Shown here in pieces: positions 16,300 to 24,905 of a DNA stretch of 32,000 nucleotides. Below the pieces are notes generated by a model. That model saw nothing but the letters and a program-made list of their open reading frames with translations, was not told the DNA's origin and searched no databases. Made by a program: the position numbers and the translations under genes. Source of the DNA: Candidatus Pelagibacter ubique HTCC1062 (GTDB taxonomy: Bacteria > Pseudomonadota > Alphaproteobacteria > Pelagibacterales > Pelagibacteraceae). Each line of letters opens with the position of its first letter. The first letter of the stretch is position 1. The DNA is taken from the NCBI RefSeq assembly GCF_000012345.1, contig NC_007205.1:660001-692000 (forward strand). Reading direction: 5' to 3'.

Positions 16300-16368
16300 C
16301 TAATCCCGTAAATAATTGCCAGCTTCCTGTATCATTTTCCAGAGTTTACTTGTGTTTTCTTTGTTCAT
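16300..16368 (-). pseudogene. truncated duplicate of the 5' end of the 75-aa gene (22 codons then TAG)
   Basis: The reverse complement reads ATG AAC AAA GAA AAC ACA AGT AAA CTC TGG AAA ATG ATA CAG GAA GCT GGC AAT TAT TTA CGG GAT TAG, giving MNKENTSKLWKMIQEAGNYLRD*. The full-length gene begins (V/M)NKENASKLWKMIQEAGDYLLGQ... This copy has a canonical ATG and sits 10 nt downstream of the yajQ stop. Confidence 0.75.
16308..16368. repeat. R1-B: 61-bp imperfect direct repeat (partner 15013-15073)
   Basis: gtaaataattgccagcttcctgtatcattttccagagtttacttgtgttttctttgttcat. It differs from R1-A at 5 positions: the start codon (ATG vs GTG), 2 synonymous changes and 2 non-synonymous changes in the minus-strand frame. 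Confidence 0.9.
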
Positions 16369-16378
16369 CAAAGTGAGA

Positions 16379-16864
16379 TTAATCTCTAAAGTTTACAAAT
16401 TCTACGGGAAGACCAATATCAATAGCAGTTATTGCCGACATTGCTTCTTGAAGGTCATCTCTTTTTTTTCCTTCAGCGCGTAACTCTTCTCCTTGAATTT
16501 TAATCTGAATTTTAAGTTTTAGTTTTTTTATTTCAGTAATAATTTTTTTTGCATTTTCTTGGCTAATACCTTCTTGGAGTTCACTAACCTGTCTAATCGA
16601 TGAACCTGCAGCATTTTCTGAGTTTTTGATTGATAATACTCTTGGATCTACCTTTCGTCGTATAAGATGAACCTGTAATAATTCATTAACTTGTTTTAAT
16701 TTTAGCTCATCGGGAGCTAATGTGGTGATAATCTTATCTTTTCTTTCAATTGAGATATGAAGTCCTTTAAAGTCAAATCGATTACCAATTTCTCTAAGGC
16801 AGTTTGCAAGAGCGTTATCAAACTCTGGGTAACTAACTTTACTGATTACATCAAATGAAGGCAT
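16379..16864 (-). CDS. yajQ: YajQ-family nucleotide (cyclic-di-GMP)-binding protein (UPF0234)
   Basis: 161 aa. It starts MPSFDV.S and ends ..FVNFRD, with RFDFKG and IQGEELR..GKKRDDLQ. It is collinear with E. coli YajQ over its full length. Confidence 0.85.
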   Translation of the reverse strand: MPSFDVISKVSYPEFDNALANCLREIGNRFDFKGLHISIERKDKIITTLAPDELKLKQVNELLQVHLIRRKVDPRVLSIKNSENAAGSSIRQVSELQEGISQENAKKIITEIKKLKLKIQIKIQGEELRAEGKKRDDLQEAMSAITAIDIGLPVEFVNFRD

Positions 16865-16954
16865 AATTTTTTATTATATAATGAATTGACCTTAACAAAA
16901 ATTTTCATAATTGACTATTTGATTTATTTTGAAACTCTTTTAAGTTGTAATTAT

Positions 16955-17161
16955 ATGGAAGATTTAGTCAAAAAATTAGAAGAACAGATTAGCTTTCTTC
17001 AAAATGAAATATCACAAATGAGTGATGAAGTGTATTCTCAACAAAAAGAAGTATCAGTTTTAAAAAAACAAGTTTCAAATCTTGAAAAAAGAATTAACGA
17101 ATTAGAGAGCAGTGATGAAGCGGGTATGGTTATGATTGATAAAAAACCTCCACATTATTAA
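16955..17161 (+). CDS. slyX: SlyX-family coiled-coil protein
   Basis: The 68-aa version starting at ATG 16955 reads MEDLVKKLEEQISFLQNEI...KKPPHY. A heptad-rich coiled coil and a C-terminal PPHY match SlyX. The supplied ORF starts at an upstream TTG (16886), which adds 23 hydrophobic or low-complexity residues that I consider non-coding. Confidence 0.7.
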   Translation: MEDLVKKLEEQISFLQNEISQMSDEVYSQQKEVSVLKKQVSNLEKRINELESSDEAGMVMIDKKPPHY

Positions 17162-17177
17162 ACTTTATTATTAATCC

Positions 17178-18359
17178 ATGACAGAACAATTTGATGTTAT
17201 TGTAGTAGGTGCGGGTGCCGCTGGTATGATGAGTGCCATAGAAGCTGGCAAACGGGGACGAAAAGTACTTTTAGTCGATCATGCAAAAAAGATAGGAGAA
17301 AAAATTAGAATATCGGGTGGTGGACGATGTAATTTTACCAACATACATACTCATCCTAGTAAGTTTATTTCAAACAATCCTAAATTTGTAATATCAGCTT
17401 TAAAACAATACACCCAAAATAATTTCATAGATTTAATAAAGAAACATAATATTAAATTTCATGAAAAAAAATTAGGACAGCTCTTTTGTGATGAAAGTGC
17501 TCAACAAATTATAGATATGCTACTTTTAGAGTGCGAGATGGCAAAAGTAGTTTTAAAAAAAGATACAACTATTGATGATATAGACAAACAAGATGATAAC
17601 TATTTTATAGTTGTTGGAAGTGATAAATATTTCAGTCAGTCATTGATTATTGCAACAGGCGGTCTGTCTATTCCAAAAATTGGAGCAAGTAAATTTGGCT
17701 ATGATATTGCTCAAAAATTTGGTTTAAAAGTTATTGAAACATTACCTGCACTAGTTCCTTTAACATTTAGTGAAAAAATACTAGCAATTTGTAAGGAACT
17801 TACTGGATTATCTGTTGAAGCAGTTGTTTCATTTAAAAAAACTTTTTTTGAGGAAGGAATGTTATTTACTCATAGAGGTTTGAGCGGACCTTCTATATTG
17901 CAGATCTCTTCTTATTGGAAATTAGGAGATAATATCAAAGTTAATTTATCACCAAAACTTGATGTAGATAAATTTCTAAATGATAGAAAGATCTCTAGTC
18001 CTAAACAAGATATAGGCATTATAGTTTCTGAAATTCTCCCTAAACGGTTAGCTCATATAATTTGTAATGAAAATAATGTTAATGGAAATATATGTGAATT
18101 ATCCAACAAAGTATTAACTAGTTTGAGTAATTCTATAAACGCGTGGGTGATAAATCCAATAGGAACCGAAGGTTATAGAACTGCTGAAGTAACTTTGGGT
18201 GGTATTGATACTGAAGAAATTTCTTCTAAAACAATGATGTCCAATAAACACCCTGGATTATTTTTTATCGGAGAAGTTGTAGATGTTACTGGTCATTTAG
18301 GTGGTTATAATTTTCAATGGGCTTGGTCTTCTGGATATGTGGCAGGTCAATATGCTTAA
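17178..18359 (+). CDS. NAD(P)/FAD-dependent oxidoreductase, HI0933/YhiN/BaiN family
   Basis: 393 aa. It has the N-terminal dinucleotide fold DVIVVGAGAAGMM, then ISGGGRCNFTN and a C-terminal GEVVDVTG.LGGYNFQWAWSSG, the signature blocks of the HI0933-like flavoprotein family. Confidence 0.8.
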   Translation: MTEQFDVIVVGAGAAGMMSAIEAGKRGRKVLLVDHAKKIGEKIRISGGGRCNFTNIHTHPSKFISNNPKFVISALKQYTQNNFIDLIKKHNIKFHEKKLGQLFCDESAQQIIDMLLLECEMAKVVLKKDTTIDDIDKQDDNYFIVVGSDKYFSQSLIIATGGLSIPKIGASKFGYDIAQKFGLKVIETLPALVPLTFSEKILAICKELTGLSVEAVVSFKKTFFEEGMLFTHRGLSGPSILQISSYWKLGDNIKVNLSPKLDVDKFLNDRKISSPKQDIGIIVSEILPKRLAHIICNENNVNGNICELSNKVLTSLSNSINAWVINPIGTEGYRTAEVTLGGIDTEEISSKTMMSNKHPGLFFIGEVVDVTGHLGGYNFQWAWSSGYVAGQYA

Positions 18360-18383
18360 AGACTAGTTATTGGTGGAATTATC

Positions 18384-19706
18384 TCAGTTTTTTTTATATT
18401 CAACACCTTTTCTATCCAGTATTTCTTTTACTTTATCAGAATAAGGTTCATCAATATGTTCGGTAGTAGGATTTAATTCGATTCCGGCTGGCGTGATAGT
18501 AGATGGCATAGCAACGAACTGAGAATCAGGATTTTCAACTGTTTCTCTAACCCTCATTCTGTAGATACCAAACACACCTATTAAAGCATGAAAGAAAAGT
18601 AAAAATACAAAAAAACCATTAGAGCCAACAATATTCATAAATATTGAACAAAGGAATGGACCACTCATAGCACCCAAGCCAAATGTAAATTGTATACCAG
18701 CTCCAGCTGCTACAAATTTTTCTTTTGGTATATAGTCATTAGTGTGCGCACAAATCAAAGAGAACATTGGTAAGCTACAAATTGAAAATAAAATTAAAAA
18801 AATAAAAAACCATACTTTACTTGTGGCAAGTTCACCAGGTAAGTACATCTGACCTGATGATAGAATAGCAAGTAAAGCAAATAAAGATGCACCAAATGTT
18901 GAAATTATTATTACTTTTCTCCTATCATATTTATCAGAAAGTTTTCCAATAGGATATTGAGAGATAGCACCAGAAATTGCTAAAAGAAAAGTCACAAGTG
19001 ATATTTGAAAAATAGTAAAATTCATTGAGGCCGCATATACTGCTAACAATGTAAATAGTGCAGACTGGATTGTTCCATAAAAAAGAGCACTTACCATTCC
19101 AAATGGTGAAGTTTCATAAAGTTCTTTTAAAGGCATACCTTGAATTTTTTTAAATGTAGGTGGTTTTTTTTTAGTTAAGAGAATAGGTATAAGGGCAAGA
19201 GACGTAATAATTGAAACCAATATAAAGGGTTGATAATTTTCAGGTCTACTAAAGTTCAATAAAAACATTCCTATACCCATTGATCCATATAAAATAACCA
19301 TATAAATCGATAAAATACTTCCTCTATTTTTATTGCTTGATCTGTCATTCAACCAACTTTCAGCAACAGTATAAATACAAACCATACTTATTCCTGTTAA
19401 AACTCTTAGAATAAACCATACATAAGGATTAATAAATATTGAGTGAACCAAGATAACCAAAGATGCTAAAGACGCAAAAGCTGCAAAAACTCTAATATGA
19501 CCTACTTTGGAAATAAGATTAGAAATTGTCATTGCACCTATAAAGTACCCAACAAAATAACCTGACATCATAAACCCAGTTGCCGTTAGACTAAATTGTT
19601 CTTGAACAGCCCTTACACCTAATAGGGACCCTTGAAATCCATAGGCCATCATTAAGAACCCAATACCTAAAAACAATGCCCAAGAGTTCTTTAAAACTTT
19701 ATTCAT
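18384..19706 (-). CDS. MFS transporter (YcaD/YfkF-like), 12 TM, with a cytoplasmic C-terminal tail of about 50 aa
   Basis: 440 aa with 12 hydrophobic segments. The motif-A-like sequence G.L.D...RRKV lies between TM8 and TM9, and a DR..NKNRG loop follows TM2-3. The substrate cannot be inferred. Confidence 0.8.
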   Translation of the reverse strand: MNKVLKNSWALFLGIGFLMMAYGFQGSLLGVRAVQEQFSLTATGFMMSGYFVGYFIGAMTISNLISKVGHIRVFAAFASLASLVILVHSIFINPYVWFILRVLTGISMVCIYTVAESWLNDRSSNKNRGSILSIYMVILYGSMGIGMFLLNFSRPENYQPFILVSIITSLALIPILLTKKKPPTFKKIQGMPLKELYETSPFGMVSALFYGTIQSALFTLLAVYAASMNFTIFQISLVTFLLAISGAISQYPIGKLSDKYDRRKVIIISTFGASLFALLAILSSGQMYLPGELATSKVWFFIFLILFSICSLPMFSLICAHTNDYIPKEKFVAAGAGIQFTFGLGAMSGPFLCSIFMNIVGSNGFFVFLLFFHALIGVFGIYRMRVRETVENPDSQFVAMPSTITPAGIELNPTTEHIDEPYSDKVKEILDRKGVEYKKN

Positions 19707-19764
19707 AAAACTGACCGTACTTATTTGCGATCTAGATGTAAATCAAGTCTTTATTATGATAAAA

Positions 19765-20643
19765 TTATGAATTTCTTAGTTTAATAAAAGAGTGAATGGC
19801 AATTGCTGTAATGATAACAGCACCACCTTGGATAGTCTCCAGGCTGGGTTGTTCTTTAATAATTAACCACACCCAAATAGGACCAATTATAGTCTCTAGT
19901 AAGAAGAATAGGTTTACTTCAGCTGCAGGTATGAACCTTGGAGCTATAGTCACTAGCACAAAAGGTATAGCAACACACATAACACACATTAAAGGAACAA
20001 TAATTAGATCACTATCAACTAGTGCAAAGCTTTCAATGAACAGAAGTGCAAACATTGCTACAATTAATTTTCCAACAACAGCTGCTGGGATTAAGTTTTT
20101 ATCCTTTGCGGATCTAATAGTAACTGCTCCAACTGCCAAACCTAAAGCAGTTATTAGGCCTAATATATCTCCAAAAAAGTTACCTAATTGTATTGAATCG
20201 TAGAATATATAAATAGCAGCAGTAAAAGTTACAAATATTGTAATCCATGTTTTTCTATCAGGTAATTCTTTTAAAAATATTGCACCAAGCACTGCAGATA
20301 ACATAGGAGCCATTGCAATCATAACTAATGTGTTTGCAACATTGGTATTTTGTATTGAAACAACAAAGGTAATATTGGTTACAGAGAAAGTACCAATATA
20401 AAGTAAGCCATGATAGCCACTTGAAAAAAGCATTTTAAAGAAATTTAATTTATAAATTAATAACATTCCTAAAAATACAGTGATGAAAGGAATAAGGCCT
20501 CGATAAAAAACAAGCCCCCAAGTATCAACATTAGAAAGTCTTATAAATAAACTATCGGGAGTAATAAACATTACTGCAACAAATGCGAGTAAAGATCCTT
20601 TTTGCTGGTCGGATAATTTGTTCAAGCTTTTAATCCTTTCCAA
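19765..20643 (-). CDS. EamA/DMT-superfamily transporter
   Basis: 292 aa with 10 hydrophobic helices in a 5+5 arrangement. The listed start at 20643 is TTG and overlaps gshB by 22 nt. A second in-frame TTG at 20625 would overlap the gshB TGA by only 3 nt. The start is uncertain. Confidence 0.75.
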   Translation of the reverse strand: MERIKSLNKLSDQQKGSLLAFVAVMFITPDSLFIRLSNVDTWGLVFYRGLIPFITVFLGMLLIYKLNFFKMLFSSGYHGLLYIGTFSVTNITFVVSIQNTNVANTLVMIAMAPMLSAVLGAIFLKELPDRKTWITIFVTFTAAIYIFYDSIQLGNFFGDILGLITALGLAVGAVTIRSAKDKNLIPAAVVGKLIVAMFALLFIESFALVDSDLIIVPLMCVMCVAIPFVLVTIAPRFIPAAEVNLFFLLETIIGPIWVWLIIKEQPSLETIQGGAVIITAIAIHSFIKLRNS

Positions 20644-21551
20644 AATGTTTTTGCAAGATTAATGCTTGTAAGATCATAAAAAGATTTTAATCCTGTAGGA
20701 GAGGTTACATTAATATCTCCATTTAATTTTTGGTCGATAAAATCAATACCAGAAAAATAGATGTCATTTTTTTTAAGATCTTTACCAATTATATTTGAAA
20801 TTTTATTTTCTAATTTTGTTAATTTAGCTGAGATAGGTATCGCTCCTTTACTCATGTTGCTTAAAAAAGATCCTTTTTTTGGAACTCTAGAGATCGCACC
20901 GCAAACTTTACCATTAATTATAAAAACTCTTTTATCTCCAAACTTAATCTTTGGTAAAAACTTTTGACACATAATATGTCCATGTTTTTTTATAAAATTT
21001 ATAATCAATTTCTTATTTATTTTATTTTGAAATAAGTGAATATCATTTCCACTAAAACTATGAATAGGTTTTATAATCATTTTTTTATTTTTAGAAAAAA
21101 ACTTATTAATTTCATTTATATCTTTTGTGAAAATTGTATCTGGCATATATTTTTGAAAAGATGTTGAGTATAATTTTTCAGAGATATTTCTAATAGAGGT
21201 TGGATTATTAATAATTTTAACTTTATTTTTTATCTTATCCAAAATGTAAGTTGTTGAAATGTATTCTAAATTAAAAGGAGGATCTTGCCGTATCAAAATA
21301 TACTTACATTGTGTAAGTTCTAGTTTTTGTTGGTTTAATATTTTAAAATAACGCTTATTTGAATAATTAAACTCTACGTAAAATCCATTCGCTACGACCT
21401 TATCGTTAATAATTGAAAGGTCTTTAGGTTCATAATAAAAAATTTTGTATTTTAACCTTTGTGCTTCAATGGCTAGAAATATACTAGTATCCGTTAGAGG
21501 CTTTAGTTTTGAAGGATGATCACCTTGAATTGCAACTATCTTATTTGTCAT
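20622..21551 (-). CDS. gshB: glutathione synthetase (prokaryotic ATP-grasp GshB)
   Basis: 309 aa. It is collinear with E. coli GshB. Matching blocks are IRQDPPF..EYI..TYIL (E. coli MRKDPPFD.EFIYATYIL), FGDKRVFIINGK (GDKRVLVVDG) and INVTSPTG (INVTSPTC). It overlaps the gshA stop by 11 nt. Confidence 0.85.
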   Translation of the reverse strand: MTNKIVAIQGDHPSKLKPLTDTSIFLAIEAQRLKYKIFYYEPKDLSIINDKVVANGFYVEFNYSNKRYFKILNQQKLELTQCKYILIRQDPPFNLEYISTTYILDKIKNKVKIINNPTSIRNISEKLYSTSFQKYMPDTIFTKDINEINKFFSKNKKMIIKPIHSFSGNDIHLFQNKINKKLIINFIKKHGHIMCQKFLPKIKFGDKRVFIINGKVCGAISRVPKKGSFLSNMSKGAIPISAKLTKLENKISNIIGKDLKKNDIYFSGIDFIDQKLNGDINVTSPTGLKSFYDLTSINLAKTFWKGLKA

Positions 21552-22836
21552 ATAAATCGTTTAAATTTTCATTCTTAGAAAATTTATCTATCATATGATC
21601 TGCGTTTGTTGTCTTATTATCAATCAGTTTATCTAAGTGATTTAAAAACTTAGCCTCATTATCATTAGATTTACTCAAAATGTCTCTGTTTAATAATCCT
21701 TTTCTAGAAATCCCAAGGAGCAAGGATGACCAATGTAATAGGTCTTTTCCCATCAACTCAGTGTTAAACCCTTTTTTAGGTGCTTCTAGGTAGGCATTAA
21801 TTATTTTATTCTTATCCCACTTAGAAATTAATTCGTAAGCCTCATCTAAATTTCCATATAATATTCCAGTATTAAAAGCAGGTCCAGAACACAAACAATC
21901 CCAACCACAAGTGTCCATTGATCTTAACTCTATATATTTCTTAAGTCTATTTTCTGTAAAAATTGTACTTAGGTGAGTGGTTAAATCGTCTTCAGTTGGA
22001 AGTCGGTTGTTAATTTCACTAATTTTTCCATTCATGAAATCTGAAAATGAATAATTGCTTCCTGATAAATATTCTTTTTCGTTTTGAATAAATAATAAAG
22101 GAAAGTTTATTGAAAAATCTGCATATTTTTCAAAATCCATATTATCAAAAAAAACTTCAGGTAAACCTCCTCTCGATGTTTCTTGCCAAACTTTAGAACG
22201 ATAAGAACTGAAACCACTATTTTTTTTTTCAATTATTGAAGAATTTGCAAAAAGGGCAATAGATATTGGAACTATAGAATTAACTATCTTAAACTTTTTA
22301 ATAAAATCTTTTTCAGAATCGTAATCCAAGTTAAGTTGCGTACCACAAGTTCTATACATCATATCTAAGCTTAAAGAACCACCATTAGGCATATCCTTAG
22401 TCATTACTTGATATCTTTGTTTTGGATTATTAGGAACTTCACTAAGGGTTGAAATTGGATCAAAACCAGCACTAACAATTTTTAAATTTAATTTTTTTGT
22501 TACTTGCTGTAACTCAAATAAATAATCATGAGACTCAGCACATGCTTCATGGATATTATTTAGTTTATCACCTGATAACTCAATTTGATTTCCAGGCTCA
22601 AGAGTAATACTTTTTCCTTGTTTCTGTAATCCAATAATATTTTCTTTTTCCATTATTGGCTTCCAGCCAAATTCACTTAGCAGTGAAAACATTTTTAGGA
22701 CAGTAGGGTAATCTACTCTTTTGTTTGTTTTTTCATCAAATAAAAATTTTTCATGCTCAATGCCAATTTTAAAATTTTTAACATCTTTAATTCCAGACTC
22801 AAAATATTTGATAATATGTTCTTTATGAGTGATCAT
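21541..22836 (-). CDS. gshA: glutamate--cysteine ligase, GCS2 (plant/alphaproteobacterial) type
   Basis: 431 aa. It has the N-terminal KIGIEHEKF motif and the length, RSKVW and ELRSMD-type motifs characteristic of group-3 gamma-glutamylcysteine ligases. It lies immediately upstream of gshB and overlaps it. Confidence 0.8.
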   Translation of the reverse strand: MITHKEHIIKYFESGIKDVKNFKIGIEHEKFLFDEKTNKRVDYPTVLKMFSLLSEFGWKPIMEKENIIGLQKQGKSITLEPGNQIELSGDKLNNIHEACAESHDYLFELQQVTKKLNLKIVSAGFDPISTLSEVPNNPKQRYQVMTKDMPNGGSLSLDMMYRTCGTQLNLDYDSEKDFIKKFKIVNSIVPISIALFANSSIIEKKNSGFSSYRSKVWQETSRGGLPEVFFDNMDFEKYADFSINFPLLFIQNEKEYLSGSNYSFSDFMNGKISEINNRLPTEDDLTTHLSTIFTENRLKKYIELRSMDTCGWDCLCSGPAFNTGILYGNLDEAYELISKWDKNKIINAYLEAPKKGFNTELMGKDLLHWSSLLLGISRKGLLNRDILSKSNDNEAKFLNHLDKLIDNKTTNADHMIDKFSKNENLNDLYDK

Positions 22837-22917
22837 TGATTTATATATAAGGATTTAAAATTCATTTTAAAGTCTTTATGTTTAACTCTTCTGTTTGAAA
22901 ATTTTGTATTGGTTGCT

Positions 22918-24399
22918 TTAGTTATTTGAAGCGGTGCTTAGTAATGATAATTGAGTGATCTTATCATCCCCTAATTCATCTATAGGTTTAACAGGATATT
23001 CACCTGTAAAATAATGATCTGTTAATTGAGGATAATTATTATCTCTTTTGTTAAAACCCATTGCTCTATAAACACCTTCTAAGGATAAAAAATCTAATGA
23101 TTTAGCACCAATATATTCACAAATTTCGTCATTAGTTTTATTTGCAGCAAGTAACTCTTTTTTAGTAGGAGTATCCACACCATAAAAATCAGGAAACCTA
23201 ATTTCTGGACAGGCAATTTTTACATGAACTTCTTTGGCTCCTGCATCATATAACATTTTCACAATTTTATGAGAAGTTGTCCCTCTTACAAGCGAGTCAT
23301 CTATTAAAATAATTATCTTATCCTTAATAGTTGATTGATTTGCATTTAATTTTAATTTTACACCAAGACTTCTAATTTTTTGACTAGGTTCAATAAAGGT
23401 TCGACCAACATAATGATTTCTAATCAAACCTAATTCAAAGTTAATTCCTAAGTGTTGAGCAAAACCAAGGGCTGCTGCATTACCAGAGTCTGGTACAGGA
23501 ACTACAATATCTGCTTTGATTTTGTTTTCTTTTGCAAGTTCAATCCCAAATTGTTTTCTATGTTCATAAGCAGATTTACCATTTAGTAAACTGTCTGGTC
23601 TTGCAAAATAAATATACTCAAAAACGCACGGACGAACTTTTCTAGCAGGGAAGGGTTTGATGCTTTTTAGTTCATTATTCTCTATATAAACAACCTCACC
23701 GTTTTCTACATCTCGAATATATTTTGCACCAATTATATCTAGTGCACATGTTTCAGAAGCAAAGACATAGCTATCTTTGATTTTCCCAATTACTAATGGT
23801 CTGATACCATGAGGATCTCTTACACCAATTAAAGTATTTTGTGTTAGCATGACAAGCGCGTAACCACCTTGTATTTGGAATATGGCATCTATAACTTTAT
23901 CAATTGTTTTGTTTCTTTTTGATTTAGCAATTAATTGAACAATTGTTTCTGTGTCAGATGTAGTATGAAATATTGCACCATCTTGAACCAATCTATTTCG
24001 AAGAGTTATTGAATTAGTTAAATTTCCATTATGAGCTACACCGATACCTCCAGCATTTGTATCTGCAAAAAAAGGCTGTATATTTCTTAAAGTGTTTTCA
24101 CCAGTTGTACTATATCTGTTATGACCAATAGCATAATCACCAGGTAAACTATTTAACACTTTCTCTTTATTAAAATTATCTCCAACTAAGCCAAATCTTT
24201 TTTCAGAGTAATATTTTTTTCCATCAAATGTTACTATTCCACAGCCTTCTTGACCTCTATGTTGCAGAGCATGTAATCCTAAAGCGGTTAGTGCGGCTGA
24301 ATCTTTATTGTTACTTACGCCAAAGACACCACATTCTTCTTTTAATTTGGGATTATAAATCTTGAATTTTTTCTTTGGAATCTTGATAGTTTTTTTCAT
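22918..24399 (-). CDS. purF: amidophosphoribosyltransferase (glutamine PRPP amidotransferase) with an N-terminal propeptide
   Basis: 493 aa. The catalytic Cys lies in ECGVFGV after a 22-aa Lys-rich leader. It also has HRGQEG.GI, HNRYST.G, GHNGNL.N, the PRTase motif IILIDDSLVRGTT, and 4Fe-4S-type Cys residues (CVFEYIYFARPDS, C...C near the C-terminus). Confidence 0.95.
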   Translation of the reverse strand: MKKTIKIPKKKFKIYNPKLKEECGVFGVSNNKDSAALTALGLHALQHRGQEGCGIVTFDGKKYYSEKRFGLVGDNFNKEKVLNSLPGDYAIGHNRYSTTGENTLRNIQPFFADTNAGGIGVAHNGNLTNSITLRNRLVQDGAIFHTTSDTETIVQLIAKSKRNKTIDKVIDAIFQIQGGYALVMLTQNTLIGVRDPHGIRPLVIGKIKDSYVFASETCALDIIGAKYIRDVENGEVVYIENNELKSIKPFPARKVRPCVFEYIYFARPDSLLNGKSAYEHRKQFGIELAKENKIKADIVVPVPDSGNAAALGFAQHLGINFELGLIRNHYVGRTFIEPSQKIRSLGVKLKLNANQSTIKDKIIILIDDSLVRGTTSHKIVKMLYDAGAKEVHVKIACPEIRFPDFYGVDTPTKKELLAANKTNDEICEYIGAKSLDFLSLEGVYRAMGFNKRDNNYPQLTDHYFTGEYPVKPIDELGDDKITQLSLLSTASNN

Positions 24400-24898
24400 T
24401 TGGAAACTCTTTCAATAAATAATTACTACCTTTTTCAATATATGGGAAGGCGTATGATTTATCAGTATTAATTGGCCATTTACTATAATTATACACAATA
24501 TCTATAGCTGAAAATAAACAAATACAGATTACATAACTTCGGATAAATCCAAAAAATAACCCAAATAAGGAATCGAGTCTTCCAAGACCAACAAATTTTA
24601 CCGTCTTACTAATGGCTTTATTTGTAATAAGAATAACAAAGATCACTAAAATAAAGATAGTTATGCCGAGCGCAATATCTAAAACATATTCACTATCAAT
24701 TATATTTTTAAAATAAGGCTTAGCTTTTGGAAAAAGAAGTAAAGTTACAACATAAGCCAATACCCATTTTGAAGCTGACAATAAACTTAAAACAAAACCT
24801 TTACTATAACACTTGATAACTGAAAAAATTGTAATGATTAGAAATATTAGATCTATTAAAGACACTGCTTGATAAAAATCTTTTAAAGCATCAAGCAT
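24353..24898 (-). CDS. cvpA: CvpA-family membrane protein (colicin V production protein homologue)
   Basis: 181 aa with 4 TM segments. It has the conserved position immediately upstream of purF, the classic cvpA-purF arrangement. Its 3' end overlaps purF by 47 nt. Confidence 0.8.
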   Translation of the reverse strand: MLDALKDFYQAVSLIDLIFLIITIFSVIKCYSKGFVLSLLSASKWVLAYVVTLLLFPKAKPYFKNIIDSEYVLDIALGITIFILVIFVILITNKAISKTVKFVGLGRLDSLFGLFFGFIRSYVICICLFSAIDIVYNYSKWPINTDKSYAFPYIEKGSNYLLKEFPNEKNYQDSKEKIQDL

Positions 24899-24905
24899 AA
24901 TAATA

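Larger units (their letters stand above)
15074..16307. other. candidate inserted cassette or islet bounded by the R1 repeats; carries one gene and no recombinase
   Basis: The segment is bracketed by the R1-A and R1-B direct repeats. It contains only the GC-richer secreted-protein gene plus two copies of the R2 motif. The flanking genes (ltaE, yajQ) are housekeeping. Confidence 0.35.

Noticed and set aside
16262-16310. tRNA-like string (..gaatagtgtagcttaatgcaggataggttgaacctctaatccc..) next to the repeat boundary, considered as a possible tRNA or tRNA-fragment integration target
   Set aside because: I could not fold it into a cloverleaf on either strand. There is no complementary acceptor stem. 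The aggt-tga-acct hairpin is only 4 bp with a 3-nt loop. There is no GTTCRANYC T-loop with a 5-bp stem. The resemblance is superficial.
16886-16954. TTG-initiated 23-codon N-terminal extension of slyX in the ORF track
   Set aside because: The extension (MTLTKIFIIDYLIYFETLLSCNY) is hydrophobic and low-complexity, and it is absent from SlyX proteins. An in-frame ATG at 16955 gives a canonical SlyX of about 68 aa. The extension region more plausibly holds the yajQ/slyX divergent promoters.
19796-20203. 135-aa plus-strand ORF inside the EamA transporter gene
   Set aside because: It is antisense to a gene whose product shows a regular 10-TM pattern. Its composition (A/I/T/S/P-rich) is what the mirror frame of a membrane-protein gene yields.
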